Below, piece after piece: positions 1-8,500 of a DNA stretch of 35,497 nucleotides. Positions within the stretch are counted from its first letter, which is position 1. Each line of letters starts with the position of its first letter. Below the pieces are notes generated by a model. It searched no databases, was not told the DNA's origin, and saw nothing but the letters and a program-made list of their open reading frames with translations. The position numbers were made by a program, and so were the translations under genes. The stretch comes from a virus (Duplodnaviria > Caudoviricetes): IMG/VR virus record IMGVR_UViG_3300037706_000119, positions 1 through 35,497 of that record. One strand, given 5' to 3'.

Positions 1-83
1 CGCGACACCCGCCCCCGCTGAGGACGTGGGAGGGCACGCGCGTCATTCACCCTCTGATTAGCTAAAAAGGGCACTTACACAAC

Positions 84-563
84 GTGCCGAAGGCGAAAAC
101 GGTGCAAGAGTCAACCGAAAACAGCGAATTCACGACGAAACGGGGCCGAAAGCGCGGATCGGTGAAGGGCAGGAGCGCCAAACCGCCGAAATTCGCAGTG
201 CGAGCGGCCCCGATGGCCAAGACGGTCACCCAGAACGCCGTGGAGGCCATCCAGGACGCGATGGGCCAGCTCAGGGAGTGCACGGCGCACGTGGAGGGGA
301 TGCTGAAGGCGTGCAGGGCCGGCGGCGTCGAGGAGTACGACGTGAAGCTGGCCAGTCATCTGTCGTGGCTCGCCAAGAACGCGTCGCAGTGCCTCGACGC
401 CATGCGGAAGCAGGAGGCGGCGGAGCGGGCCCGGTGGAAGGCCATGGGGCGGGGCGAGGAGCTGGACCTCGTGAAGGTCTGGCTGGACGAGCTCGACCAG
501 CAGGGCCGGGCCGAGATCCGCGAGCACCTCGCTGGGCTGGCTGAAGGAGGGCTGCTGTCGTGA
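84..563 (+). CDS. Hypothetical protein (possible terminase small subunit)
   Basis: GTG start, basic N-terminus, helical body; GTGA overlap with the next gene. Function is a positional guess only. Confidence 0.6.
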   Translation: MPKAKTVQESTENSEFTTKRGRKRGSVKGRSAKPPKFAVRAAPMAKTVTQNAVEAIQDAMGQLRECTAHVEGMLKACRAGGVEEYDVKLASHLSWLAKNASQCLDAMRKQEAAERARWKAMGRGEELDLVKVWLDELDQQGRAEIREHLAGLAEGGLLS

Positions 564-913
564 CCGATCCGCGTCCGAGCGTAGAGGACTACGACTGGGT
601 CGAGGCGTTCGGCTACGCCGGCGATCCGGGCAAGGTGTTCGACCGCGACGCAGGTGATGGCGCGGCCGGAGAGCTATTCGGCCTTGCTGACGTGGTCGAG
701 TTTCTCGGGTGGAGCGCCGGGGAGAACGACGGGCGGTCATGGATTGCGTGGGGCCGACTGAAGGACGGCAGGTACTTCTACCTGTCGGCTGGCTGCGACT
801 ACACCGGCTGGGACTGCCAGGCTGGCGGCGAGGCGTGGGTATCCCGCGATCGCGAGACGGTATGGCGACAGATCCCCGACGACGACCGCGAGCGCATGAA
901 GGAGGACGCATGA
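560..913 (+). CDS. Phage hypothetical protein
   Basis: 4-nt overlaps at both ends; aromatic-rich motif GRLKDGRYFYLSAGCDYTGWDC. Confidence 0.8.
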   Translation: MTDPRPSVEDYDWVEAFGYAGDPGKVFDRDAGDGAAGELFGLADVVEFLGWSAGENDGRSWIAWGRLKDGRYFYLSAGCDYTGWDCQAGGEAWVSRDRETVWRQIPDDDRERMKEDA

Positions 914-1155
914 TGAAGTCGAAGGAACCGCACCCGGACGACGTTCTCACCGACGAGGATCGCAAGGCGACGATGCGCGGGCGCCCCGCTGGCCCGCCTC
1001 CGGGCGTGTCGCGCAGCACACCCACCGTGGAGCTTCCGGCCCCGCCGGCGGACGCGGAGCAGCTCCTAGTCGAGCTCGAGGCCCGCTGTGCCAGCGGCGG
1101 CTCTGCTGGGCTGGACGACATCAGGGCCGTGCTGGCCAAGCTGAGGGGCGTCTGA
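910..1155 (+). CDS. Hypothetical protein (81 aa)
   Basis: Start moved to ATG 910 (ATGA overlap, GGAGG upstream); TGATG overlap with the next gene. Confidence 0.7.
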   Translation: MMKSKEPHPDDVLTDEDRKATMRGRPAGPPPGVSRSTPTVELPAPPADAEQLLVELEARCASGGSAGLDDIRAVLAKLRGV

Positions 1156-1481
1156 TGCACGCGCACGAACTTACCTTCGTCGAGCACAAGGACGGCCTGT
1201 TCTCCTTCCGATGGGATGCCGGGCCGCCGTGGTGCCGCTTCGTCGCCCTGGAGGCGCCGAGCGAGGCCATGGCCCGGATCGGGGCGGTCGACCTCATCGA
1301 GGACGCCATGGCCGAGCCGTGGCTGCGCGGTCGCAATCTGGCGTCGCCGATCGACGGCACGTCCATCGTAGCGATCGACCGCGCCGCCAAGACGGTGACC
1401 TTGGAGGACGGCCGCCGGCTGGACGAGGCCGCGGTGGCCGGGCTGCTGGAGGCAGAGGACATCGCGGCGGGGGTGGGGTAG
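1155..1481 (+). CDS. Hypothetical protein
   Basis: Coupled start and GC3-rich codon usage. Confidence 0.75.
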   Translation: MHAHELTFVEHKDGLFSFRWDAGPPWCRFVALEAPSEAMARIGAVDLIEDAMAEPWLRGRNLASPIDGTSIVAIDRAAKTVTLEDGRRLDEAAVAGLLEAEDIAAGVG

Positions 1482-1485
1482 GGCC

Positions 1486-1806
1486 GTGGGTTGGCTCCTC
1501 TGCGACTACCGCTGCGAGCCCTGCGGCGTGACGTGGGAGTCGCTGGAGAACCGGCCGGCGCCCGCCCGCGTCCTGCACGTGGCCTGCGGCAAGGAGGCGG
1601 ACCGGCTGATCGGCGCCCCCATGCCTGTGGTGGCCAGCGCCAAGCCCACACCGGTGTCGCGAGGCAAGAGCGATCCGCCGCCCTCCCATCGCAGCGTGGA
1701 CACCCGGGCCATCGCCGATGGCGTCCCGGTGACGCAATGGCGCAAGAAGCGGCGCGAGATGTGGGCTGCTGAGCGCTACGCGCAGGTGAAGCGAGAGCTG
1801 GGATGA
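1486..1806 (+). CDS. FmdB-like zinc-ribbon protein
   Basis: DYRCEPCG...HVACGKEADRLIGAP matches the FmdB-type CxxC ribbon pattern, with the second pair as HxxC. Confidence 0.75.
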   Translation: MGWLLCDYRCEPCGVTWESLENRPAPARVLHVACGKEADRLIGAPMPVVASAKPTPVSRGKSDPPPSHRSVDTRAIADGVPVTQWRKKRREMWAAERYAQVKRELG

Positions 1807-1979
1807 TGGCGCCCTGCCGCGACAGCCTCGTCGTACCAGCGCCCGCCCTCGACAAGAAGGGGCACTTTCCGGGCTGCTACATCATGGGCTGCGAGGCGAC
1901 CCGATGCAGGGACGCCAGACAGCAGGCCGCCGCCGATGCGGGGATTCTTCTCCATCTCCGCCGGCGGAGCGTGCCATGA
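1803..1979 (+). CDS. Small Cys/His protein (58 aa), not in ORF track
   Basis: MMAPCRDSLVVPAPALDKKGHFPGCYIMGCEATRCRDARQQAAADAGILLHLRRRSVP; ATGA overlaps at both ends fill the gap exactly. Confidence 0.65.
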   Translation: MMAPCRDSLVVPAPALDKKGHFPGCYIMGCEATRCRDARQQAAADAGILLHLRRRSVP

Positions 1980-2497
1980 CCGCGCTGGCCTTCCGCTCCG
2001 CGACCGACACGGACCGCCGGTTCGTGATCGGGACGTTCCTGGACTCGTTCCGCTCCACGCACACGGCCGGGCTGATCCAGATGGCGGACTGGAACGCCAC
2101 GATGGGCCCGCAGGCGGAGAAGCTGTTCAGCAGGCCGGGTGCCGAGGTCATCGTCGCGTACAAGCCCGGCGAGGAGTCGCCCAGCGACGCTTACGGCTGG
2201 CTGGCCCACGAGACGGGCCACCTGTGGCCGCTGGTGACCTTCCTGTACGTGAAGGAGGGGTACCGGCGCATGGGGCTGGCGTGGCGGCTGCTGGCCCAGA
2301 TCGGGCTGGACCGCATGAGCCCGTTCCGCCACGCGGCGTGGCTGGAGCGTGGGCTGGCGGAGAAGGTGCCGCGCGCACGGTGGTCGCCGCTGAGCGTCCG
2401 CTACCCGACGTCCATCGAGCGAGAGCGCGCCATCGAGCGAGCCCGCACAGCAAGGAGGCAGGATGAGCAAGGAAGGCGCGCCGAACGGCGGCCGTGA
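1976..2497 (+). CDS. GNAT-family N-acetyltransferase
   Basis: N-terminal FRSATDTD and acetyl-CoA motif A LYVKEGYRRMGLAWRLL; start at the ATGA overlap. Confidence 0.8.
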   Translation: MTALAFRSATDTDRRFVIGTFLDSFRSTHTAGLIQMADWNATMGPQAEKLFSRPGAEVIVAYKPGEESPSDAYGWLAHETGHLWPLVTFLYVKEGYRRMGLAWRLLAQIGLDRMSPFRHAAWLERGLAEKVPRARWSPLSVRYPTSIERERAIERARTARRQDEQGRRAERRP

Positions 2498-2774
2498 GCC
2501 GATCAAGATCGCGATGATGAGCTTCGCCCCGGCCACGGCGCAGGGCCCGAACAACAGCGGCATCTCGGCTGGGGTGTCGTCGCTCACGAGCCGCGAGGTG
2601 GACCCGCGCAACAAGATCACCATCGAGTTCCACCCGTGGCGTCGGCAGTACAAGGTCACGAACCCGGAGAGCCGGGTGGCGTTCTTCATCCCGGAGCAAC
2701 GGGTGACGTGGGCCATCGACCTGGCAGACCACGTCGCGGCGAAGGCCGAAGAAGCGGCCAGGAAGGCGGCGTGA
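2463..2774 (+). CDS. Hypothetical protein
   Basis: AGGAGG SD upstream; typical codon usage. Confidence 0.75.
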   Translation: MSKEGAPNGGREPIKIAMMSFAPATAQGPNNSGISAGVSSLTSREVDPRNKITIEFHPWRRQYKVTNPESRVAFFIPEQRVTWAIDLADHVAAKAEEAARKAA

Positions 2775-2836
2775 TGGCGAAGCCGAAGCAGACCCCGAAG
2801 CCCCGCCCCAAGCCGAGGCCACGCCCGACGTACTGA
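2774..2836 (+). CDS. 20-aa Pro/Lys/Arg-rich peptide MAKPKQTPKPRPKPRPRPTY
   Basis: TGATG overlap with the upstream stop; ends 1 nt before the terminase ATG. Confidence 0.6.
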   Translation: MAKPKQTPKPRPKPRPRPTY

Positions 2837-2837
2837 A

Positions 2838-4505
2838 ATGGTCGCCCTCCCCGCATACAGCCCGCAGTCGGCGCAGATCGCACGCGAGATGTTCTTCTCG
2901 CGCCTGCGCGGACGTGCGACTGCGCGGGACACGAAGGGCTGGGCGGAGAAGGAGCGCCTCCTGCTGGAGAGCTGCCACCCCTTCCAGCGCCCCTTCGTGG
3001 AGGACACGGCCCGCCGGATCGTGGTCCTGTGCTCGGGCCGCGCCGGCAAGACGTCGGGCGGCAGGCGGCGGCTCCTGCGCCGGATGATGAAGAAGCGCGG
3101 CGCGAAGTGCCTCTTCATCGCCAAGTCGGCCCCGGCGGCCGAGGATCTCATGTGGCAGCCGCTCAAGGAGGCCACGGAGCAACTCGGGCTGGAGGCGCGC
3201 TTCCGCGAGGACCGGCTGCGCATGACGCTGGCCAAGAACGGGTCCACGCTCCGGCTCGTCGGCGCCGACGACACCGCCGAGATCGACAAGCTCCGCGGCC
3301 AGCCCTTCGACGAGGTGGGCGTCGACGAGGCCGCGTCGCACAACCCGGAACGGCTCCAGTACCTCATCGAGCAGGCCGTGGGGCCGCGGCTCGGCGACTA
3401 CAAGGGCACGCTCTGGCTCGCCGGCACCCCGGGCTCCATGCTCCGTGGCTTCTTCTACGAGCTCACGCAGGACTACTGCTCGAAGAAGGGCTGGAGCTTC
3501 CACTGGTGGAACATGGAGCAGGCCGCGCCCTACGTGGCTGCCATCCAGAGCGCGTGGGAAGAGGCGCTGATCCAGAAGGAGGCCAACGGTTGGGGCGACC
3601 AGCACCCGACGTGGCTGCGCGAGTACATGGGCCGCTGGGCCGCGGACGACACGCAGATGGTGTTCCGCTACCGCCCGCACGTCACGCGTGAGATGGCCGA
3701 GGAGAACGACAAGCTCACCGTCGGTTCCCCGTGGAACCAGTGGGATCCGGAGAAGGACGAGGTCGGTATCGCCATCCTCCCCAAGCCGAAGGGCGAGTGG
3801 CACTACGTCGTGGGCGTCGACCTGGGCGGCGGTCGCACCAACAGCGCCGGGTCGGAGAAGAAGGATCTGGCCATCAAGATCAAGGGCGACCCCACCGCCA
3901 TCGAGGCGTGGGCGTGGGACGACGGCGACCCGGAGAAGAACGTCTGGCACGTCTTCGAGTTTCACAGCCACGAGACGGTGTCGATCCGCGGGTTGGCGCG
4001 GGTGTTCCTCGGCGAGGAACTCGACAAGGACACCCCTGGCGGCCTGTTCGGCAAGCTTGGCTGGCCCGACGGCATGATCGCGGACATCGGCTCGCTCGGC
4101 GGTCTCATCCTCGAGGAGCTGGCCAACAACTACGGCGTGGTCATCGAGCCCGCCCTGAAGAAGAACCTCCACGACTCGCGCGAGGGCATGAACGGCGACC
4201 TCATCGACGGCCGAGCGCACGTCATGAAGGGCTCGGTGCTCGAGCAGCAGCTGTCGGACCTCCAGTGGGACATCGACCGCTACGGCCTGCTGGCCAAGAA
4301 CAAGCGCCAGCGCGACGACGCCTCCGACGCAGGCTGCTACGGCCGCGGCATCGCCTTCCACCTGCTGTCCGAGGCGCCGCCGCCGGACAAGCGCGACCAC
4401 CAGCGCGAGGTCATCGTCCCGCGCGCCCCGGAGCCCCGCCGCGACTTCGAGGACTACGGCGTCACCGAGACGTACTACGAGGAAGAGGGAGATTTCTGGG
4501 GATGA
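2838..4505 (+). CDS. terL: Terminase large subunit
   Basis: Walker A SGRAGKT, Walker B VGVDEAA, coupling motif AGTP, RNase H-like VVGVDLG and DDASDA. Confidence 0.93.
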   Translation: MVALPAYSPQSAQIAREMFFSRLRGRATARDTKGWAEKERLLLESCHPFQRPFVEDTARRIVVLCSGRAGKTSGGRRRLLRRMMKKRGAKCLFIAKSAPAAEDLMWQPLKEATEQLGLEARFREDRLRMTLAKNGSTLRLVGADDTAEIDKLRGQPFDEVGVDEAASHNPERLQYLIEQAVGPRLGDYKGTLWLAGTPGSMLRGFFYELTQDYCSKKGWSFHWWNMEQAAPYVAAIQSAWEEALIQKEANGWGDQHPTWLREYMGRWAADDTQMVFRYRPHVTREMAEENDKLTVGSPWNQWDPEKDEVGIAILPKPKGEWHYVVGVDLGGGRTNSAGSEKKDLAIKIKGDPTAIEAWAWDDGDPEKNVWHVFEFHSHETVSIRGLARVFLGEELDKDTPGGLFGKLGWPDGMIADIGSLGGLILEELANNYGVVIEPALKKNLHDSREGMNGDLIDGRAHVMKGSVLEQQLSDLQWDIDRYGLLAKNKRQRDDASDAGCYGRGIAFHLLSEAPPPDKRDHQREVIVPRAPEPRRDFEDYGVTETYYEEEGDFWG

Positions 4506-4759
4506 GCGCCACCGGCAAGCTCCTCGAGGAGATGCTCGACACGATCATCGCCAAGGCGCCCCAGGCCCGCCACGCGGGCATCAGGCGCGTCCACGTCGAG
4601 GGGCTGCTGTCCTTCGATCTCGCCCCTACGGAGCCGCCCGCGGCGCAGGACGACGACGAGCGGGACGAAGAGGAGAGCGAGTCGGCCGACCCATTCGAGG
4701 ACGCCGCGACCTACGGCGGACGTGTACCGGGCTTCCGCCGGCGGCATGAGGAGCACTGA
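4502..4759 (+). CDS. Small acidic hypothetical protein
   Basis: Start at ATGA overlap 4502 (MSATGKLLEE...). Confidence 0.75.
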   Translation: MSATGKLLEEMLDTIIAKAPQARHAGIRRVHVEGLLSFDLAPTEPPAAQDDDERDEEESESADPFEDAATYGGRVPGFRRRHEEH

Positions 4760-4762
4760 GAA

Positions 4763-6664
4763 ATGCGCCCCGAGAGCTACGCATGGAATGAGGCTGAGAA
4801 GGGGCAGGTCCATCAGCGCCTCATGAGCTACGTCGAGGCCGTGGAGCGCGCGCAGAGCGACGTCTACAACCGCTTCATTCGACTTGCGTGGCTATACGAT
4901 CCCCACCGCCGGCCCTCGGACGTGTTCGAGGAGGAGCGCAGGGTCGGCTCTCAGGCCCGGGTGCAGGAGAACGTGATCGCGTCCAACTGCGACACGATCA
5001 CCGGCGTCATCGCCTCGGTGGACATCCGGGCCCGCTTCATGACCGACGGCGCCGAGTGGAGCGTGCAGCGCCGCGCGCGTCAACTCGAGCTCTACAGCGA
5101 GGAGCTGAGCAAGCTGCTCGGGTTCGACGTCATCGGCGAGCGCTGCTTCCACGAAGGATCGCTCAAGGGCACCTCCCTCGCCTTCGTCGGCGTCGACCGT
5201 CACGGGAAGCTCTGCGCCGAGCGGGTCATGCCCGACGAGATCGTGGTGGACCAGCAGGAGGCCAACGGCGGCGAGCCGCGCCAGATGGAGTGGCGCAAGC
5301 TGGTGCCCAAGACCCTGCTTATCGCCAAGCACCCCAAGCACGCAGAGCAGATCCGCGCAGCGCAGTCGGGGCGAGGAGGGGCGAAGTGGGCCTACTGGGC
5401 CGACTACCGCCCGATTGACCGCGACGAGATCGTGTTCATCCGCGCGTGGCACCTGCCCATCGGCGAGGAGGGCGAGGAGGGTTACGTGCCGGGCCGCTAC
5501 GTCGAGTGCATCGACGGCTGCGACCTCATCGACGAGGAGTACAACAAGCACCACTTCCCCTTCGCCGTGTTCCGCTGGACCCCTCGCCCCGATGGCTGGT
5601 TCGGCATCGGCGGAGCGGAGCGCATCGTCGGCCACCAGCGCACGCTGAACAAGCTCAACTGGCAGATCGACCGCCAGATCCAGCAGTACGCCGTGCCGAC
5701 CACGTGGGTGCACCAGACCGACCAGAACCTGCAGGTCAAGACGGTCAACCAGTTCGGCACGCTCGGCGTCTACAAGGTCAAGGAGCCCAAGACGGTGTTC
5801 CCACCGTCGGTGAGCCCGGAGACCTACAAGCGCCGCGACGACGTCATCGGCTCTGCGCACCGCGAGTTCGGCCAGAGCCAGATGGCCACCGGAGCGATGA
5901 AGCCGGCGGGCCTCGACTCGGGCGTGGCGCTGCGCGAGTACAAGGACCAGACGACGGACAGGTTCGCCATCCAGGAGAAGGAGTTCGAGCGCTTCAAGCT
6001 CCGCCTCATCTGGCTCGCCCTCGACTGCTGCAAGGACATGGCGGCGGCCGGGATGGAGCCGCCGGAGGTCACGCGCAAGACGCGCAGGGGCCGCAAGAAG
6101 CTCAGGTGGTCCGACGTGGACATGGGCGAGGTCCAGGTCCAGATGGTCGCCGCGTCGAACCTCGCGCGCACCCCGGCGGGCCGGATGCAGCTGGTGATGG
6201 AGTTCGCACAGTCGGGCGTCATCAGCCAGGACGAGGCCCGCAGGCTCCTGCAGCACCCGGACCTCGAGCGCGCCCTGTCGCTCTACACCGCGGCCATGGA
6301 GTACGTGGAGTACTGCCTCGAGGACATCCTCGACGGCCAGGTGGTCGTCCCCTCGACGCAGATGAACCTCAAGATGTGCGTGTGGCGCGGCGAGGCGCAG
6401 TACCAGTTGTCCGCCATGGACGGCGCCCCCGAGGACGTGCTGGAGACCCTGCACCAGTTCGTCACGCTGGCCGCCTACCAGATCAGCCTGTCGGAGCAGC
6501 CGGCCATGGTGGCGCCGCCGATGAACGCGAACATGCCGATGGACCCGGCGATGGCCGGCGCGGTGGACCCGATGACCGGGCTGCCCGCGGCCCCGATGGC
6601 ACCGGCGACGCCGGGCGCACCGGTAACTGGCGCTGGCGTCGAACCGCTCATGCTGGCAGGATGA
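4763..6664 (+). CDS. Portal protein
   Basis: 633 aa directly after terL; FPFAVFRW...WFGIG and SGVALRE segments and a Pro/Met-rich tail typical of podoviral portals. Confidence 0.85.
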   Translation: MRPESYAWNEAEKGQVHQRLMSYVEAVERAQSDVYNRFIRLAWLYDPHRRPSDVFEEERRVGSQARVQENVIASNCDTITGVIASVDIRARFMTDGAEWSVQRRARQLELYSEELSKLLGFDVIGERCFHEGSLKGTSLAFVGVDRHGKLCAERVMPDEIVVDQQEANGGEPRQMEWRKLVPKTLLIAKHPKHAEQIRAAQSGRGGAKWAYWADYRPIDRDEIVFIRAWHLPIGEEGEEGYVPGRYVECIDGCDLIDEEYNKHHFPFAVFRWTPRPDGWFGIGGAERIVGHQRTLNKLNWQIDRQIQQYAVPTTWVHQTDQNLQVKTVNQFGTLGVYKVKEPKTVFPPSVSPETYKRRDDVIGSAHREFGQSQMATGAMKPAGLDSGVALREYKDQTTDRFAIQEKEFERFKLRLIWLALDCCKDMAAAGMEPPEVTRKTRRGRKKLRWSDVDMGEVQVQMVAASNLARTPAGRMQLVMEFAQSGVISQDEARRLLQHPDLERALSLYTAAMEYVEYCLEDILDGQVVVPSTQMNLKMCVWRGEAQYQLSAMDGAPEDVLETLHQFVTLAAYQISLSEQPAMVAPPMNANMPMDPAMAGAVDPMTGLPAAPMAPATPGAPVTGAGVEPLMLAG

Positions 6665-6676
6665 AGGAGAATCCGG

Positions 6677-7792
6677 ATGGCCGAAGGAACCGAGGTACGA
6701 GTCATTGACGGCGGCGGCCCCCCTCCGCCGCCCGATGGCGCCCGTGACGCGACCCGATCGGCCGCGCGCGCCGCATCCATGGCCAGCCTCGCCGATGAGC
6801 TCGGAGCCCTCGACGGCTCCGCCCCCGCACCGGAGCCGCCGGCGGAGAAGCCTGCCGCGAAGGAGCCCGACCCCGATCCGGAGGAGAAGCCAGCCGAGGA
6901 GCCGGCGGGCGAGCCCGAGGAAGAGGACGACGACGAGTCCGACGCGAAGGCAGCCAAGGCCGAAGAGGCCAAGGAGGAGGAGAAGCCCGACAAGGACCTC
7001 CAGCGTCGCCTGTCCGCCGTCCAGCGTGAGGAGAAGCGCGCCAAGGCCGCCCTGGCCGAGGAGCGCAAGGCCATCGCCGATGAGCGTCGCGCCGTCGAGC
7101 GCGAGCGTGACGAGGCACGGGCCGAGCTGAACGCGTTCCGCAAGGTGCAGGAGCGCGCTCGCTATGACTTGCCCGGCGTGCTCCGCGCCCTCGGCTACAA
7201 GGACGACGACTTCGAGACGGCCGCCCGCGAGGTCTACGAGGCCTCGCCGAAGGGCCAGGCCGACCCCCGCCTGAAGGGCCAGGCCGCCCGCTCCGCCAAG
7301 GAGCGCGAGTACGACGACCGCCTGGCCCGCATGGAGCGCCAGAACCAGGAGCTCATCGCTCAGCTCCAGCAGCGCGAGCTCGCCCAGCGCGCCGAGGCGT
7401 GGATCGATCAGGCCGCCAAGGCCGCCAGCGAAGAGACACCGCTCGTGCAGCGGATGCTCGAGCGCTCCCCCACCCGTGCACGTGCAGAGCTCAAGCGCGT
7501 CGCCGACCGCCTCATCGACGAGACGGGCGAGGTGCCAGACCATGAAGACGTCGTGGCCGAGCTCGAGAAAGACTTGGACGAGCTCGGGCTCGTCGCCGCG
7601 GAGAAGTCCGCACCCTCGAAGACGCAAACGTTGCCACCTGCCGCCAAGACCAAGCCGGCGAAGGCTCTCGGAAGTGACTTGCGCACCTCATCGGTGCAGC
7701 CCAGGTCCCAGCCGATGAGCCGCGACGAACGACGTCGAGCTGATATGGAACAGCTCGCCGCGGACATGGCGGCAGGCAGACTCGACGCGTAA
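6677..7792 (+). CDS. Capsid scaffolding protein
   Basis: Acidic/Pro-rich N-terminus and long coiled coil; lies between portal and capsid; AAGGAG SD. Confidence 0.75.
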   Translation: MAEGTEVRVIDGGGPPPPPDGARDATRSAARAASMASLADELGALDGSAPAPEPPAEKPAAKEPDPDPEEKPAEEPAGEPEEEDDDESDAKAAKAEEAKEEEKPDKDLQRRLSAVQREEKRAKAALAEERKAIADERRAVERERDEARAELNAFRKVQERARYDLPGVLRALGYKDDDFETAAREVYEASPKGQADPRLKGQAARSAKEREYDDRLARMERQNQELIAQLQQRELAQRAEAWIDQAAKAASEETPLVQRMLERSPTRARAELKRVADRLIDETGEVPDHEDVVAELEKDLDELGLVAAEKSAPSKTQTLPPAAKTKPAKALGSDLRTSSVQPRSQPMSRDERRRADMEQLAADMAAGRLDA

Positions 7793-7817
7793 CGCGCTCG
7801 CGGCTTGGTAGGCAGGG

Positions 7818-7836
7818 ACCCGGCGATAGGCCGGGT
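7818..7836. other. Stem-loop ACCCGGC-GATAG-GCCGGGT
   Basis: Perfect 7-bp stem between the convergent scaffold and HNH stops; no U-tract on either strand. Confidence 0.55.
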
Positions 7837-7841
7837 TGCAG

Positions 7842-8408
7842 CTACGTCTCAGATCGCGGAAACGACCTCTTCCGCTTCCATTCTCGGTTCCGATCGCGCG
7901 AGCAGGTTCTGCACGTGCGGTAGGTGACCGTGCGCTTCCCGTCGTTGGTCTTCCGCGTCCAGACGAGGAGGTTGTCGCCGGAGTACGGGTGCCCGTTCGG
8001 GCACTCCGTCTTGGCGGCGTTACGGCGAGACAGGACCGTTCCGAACTGGCCGTTGTACCCGCGCAGGACGTTCTCACGGTTCGTGACCACTTCGAGGTGC
8101 CACGGGTTCACGCACTGGCGGAACTGGCACAAGTGGTCGAGCTGCAGCTTCCGGGGTACGGGCCCCACGAGAGCCTCGTAGGCGAGGCGGTACGCCAGCC
8201 GCGGCCTGCGGTCGACGTTGAGTTGCCCGTAGCCGCCCGTGTTGAGGGACGCGACCCATCGCCAGCAACCGGTGATGGGGACGAAACGGACCTTGATCCA
8301 GAAGCGCTCCGGGAGGCGGTCGTCGCCCAAAGCTTCTGGATGCGCCGCCATCCGCGCGGTTTCGGTCGCGTTCGGATGGATCGGCAAGTGCCTGTCGGGA
8401 TGTTCCAT
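7842..8408 (-). CDS. Free-standing HNH endonuclease
   Basis: RFWIKV..GCWRW..GYG..DHLCQFRQCVNPWHL..TNREN plus C-terminal KTECPNGHPY...CRTC zinc module. Confidence 0.92.
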   Translation of the reverse strand: MEHPDRHLPIHPNATETARMAAHPEALGDDRLPERFWIKVRFVPITGCWRWVASLNTGGYGQLNVDRRPRLAYRLAYEALVGPVPRKLQLDHLCQFRQCVNPWHLEVVTNRENVLRGYNGQFGTVLSRRNAAKTECPNGHPYSGDNLLVWTRKTNDGKRTVTYRTCRTCSRDRNREWKRKRSFPRSET

Positions 8409-8415
8409 ATCTTAA

Positions 8416-8444
8416 AGTATACATTGAAGACCAAAGCGTTGCAA
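8416..8444 (-). promoter_or_regulatory. Sigma70-type promoter for a probably leaderless HNH mRNA
   Basis: Minus strand TTGCAA (8444-8439), 17-nt spacer, TATACT (8421-8416), 7 nt, then ATG (8408); no SD. Confidence 0.75.
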
Positions 8445-8500
8445 GCGCCGCAGAGACGAAGTCGGCAAGCCATCGAGAATGCGACACAAAGGAGAGAGAA

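Noticed and set aside
1-83. Late promoter in the AT-richer patch before ORF 84
   Set aside because: No convincing -35/-10 pair, and upstream context is cut off by the window edge.
62-1870. Shared GGGCACTT motif near 69 and 1860 as an operator
   Set aside because: Only two short copies, one inside a coding region, and not palindromic.
7793-8500. Group I intron containing the HNH
   Set aside because: Lies between two complete genes, the ORF is antisense, and I could not find P7-type core motifs.
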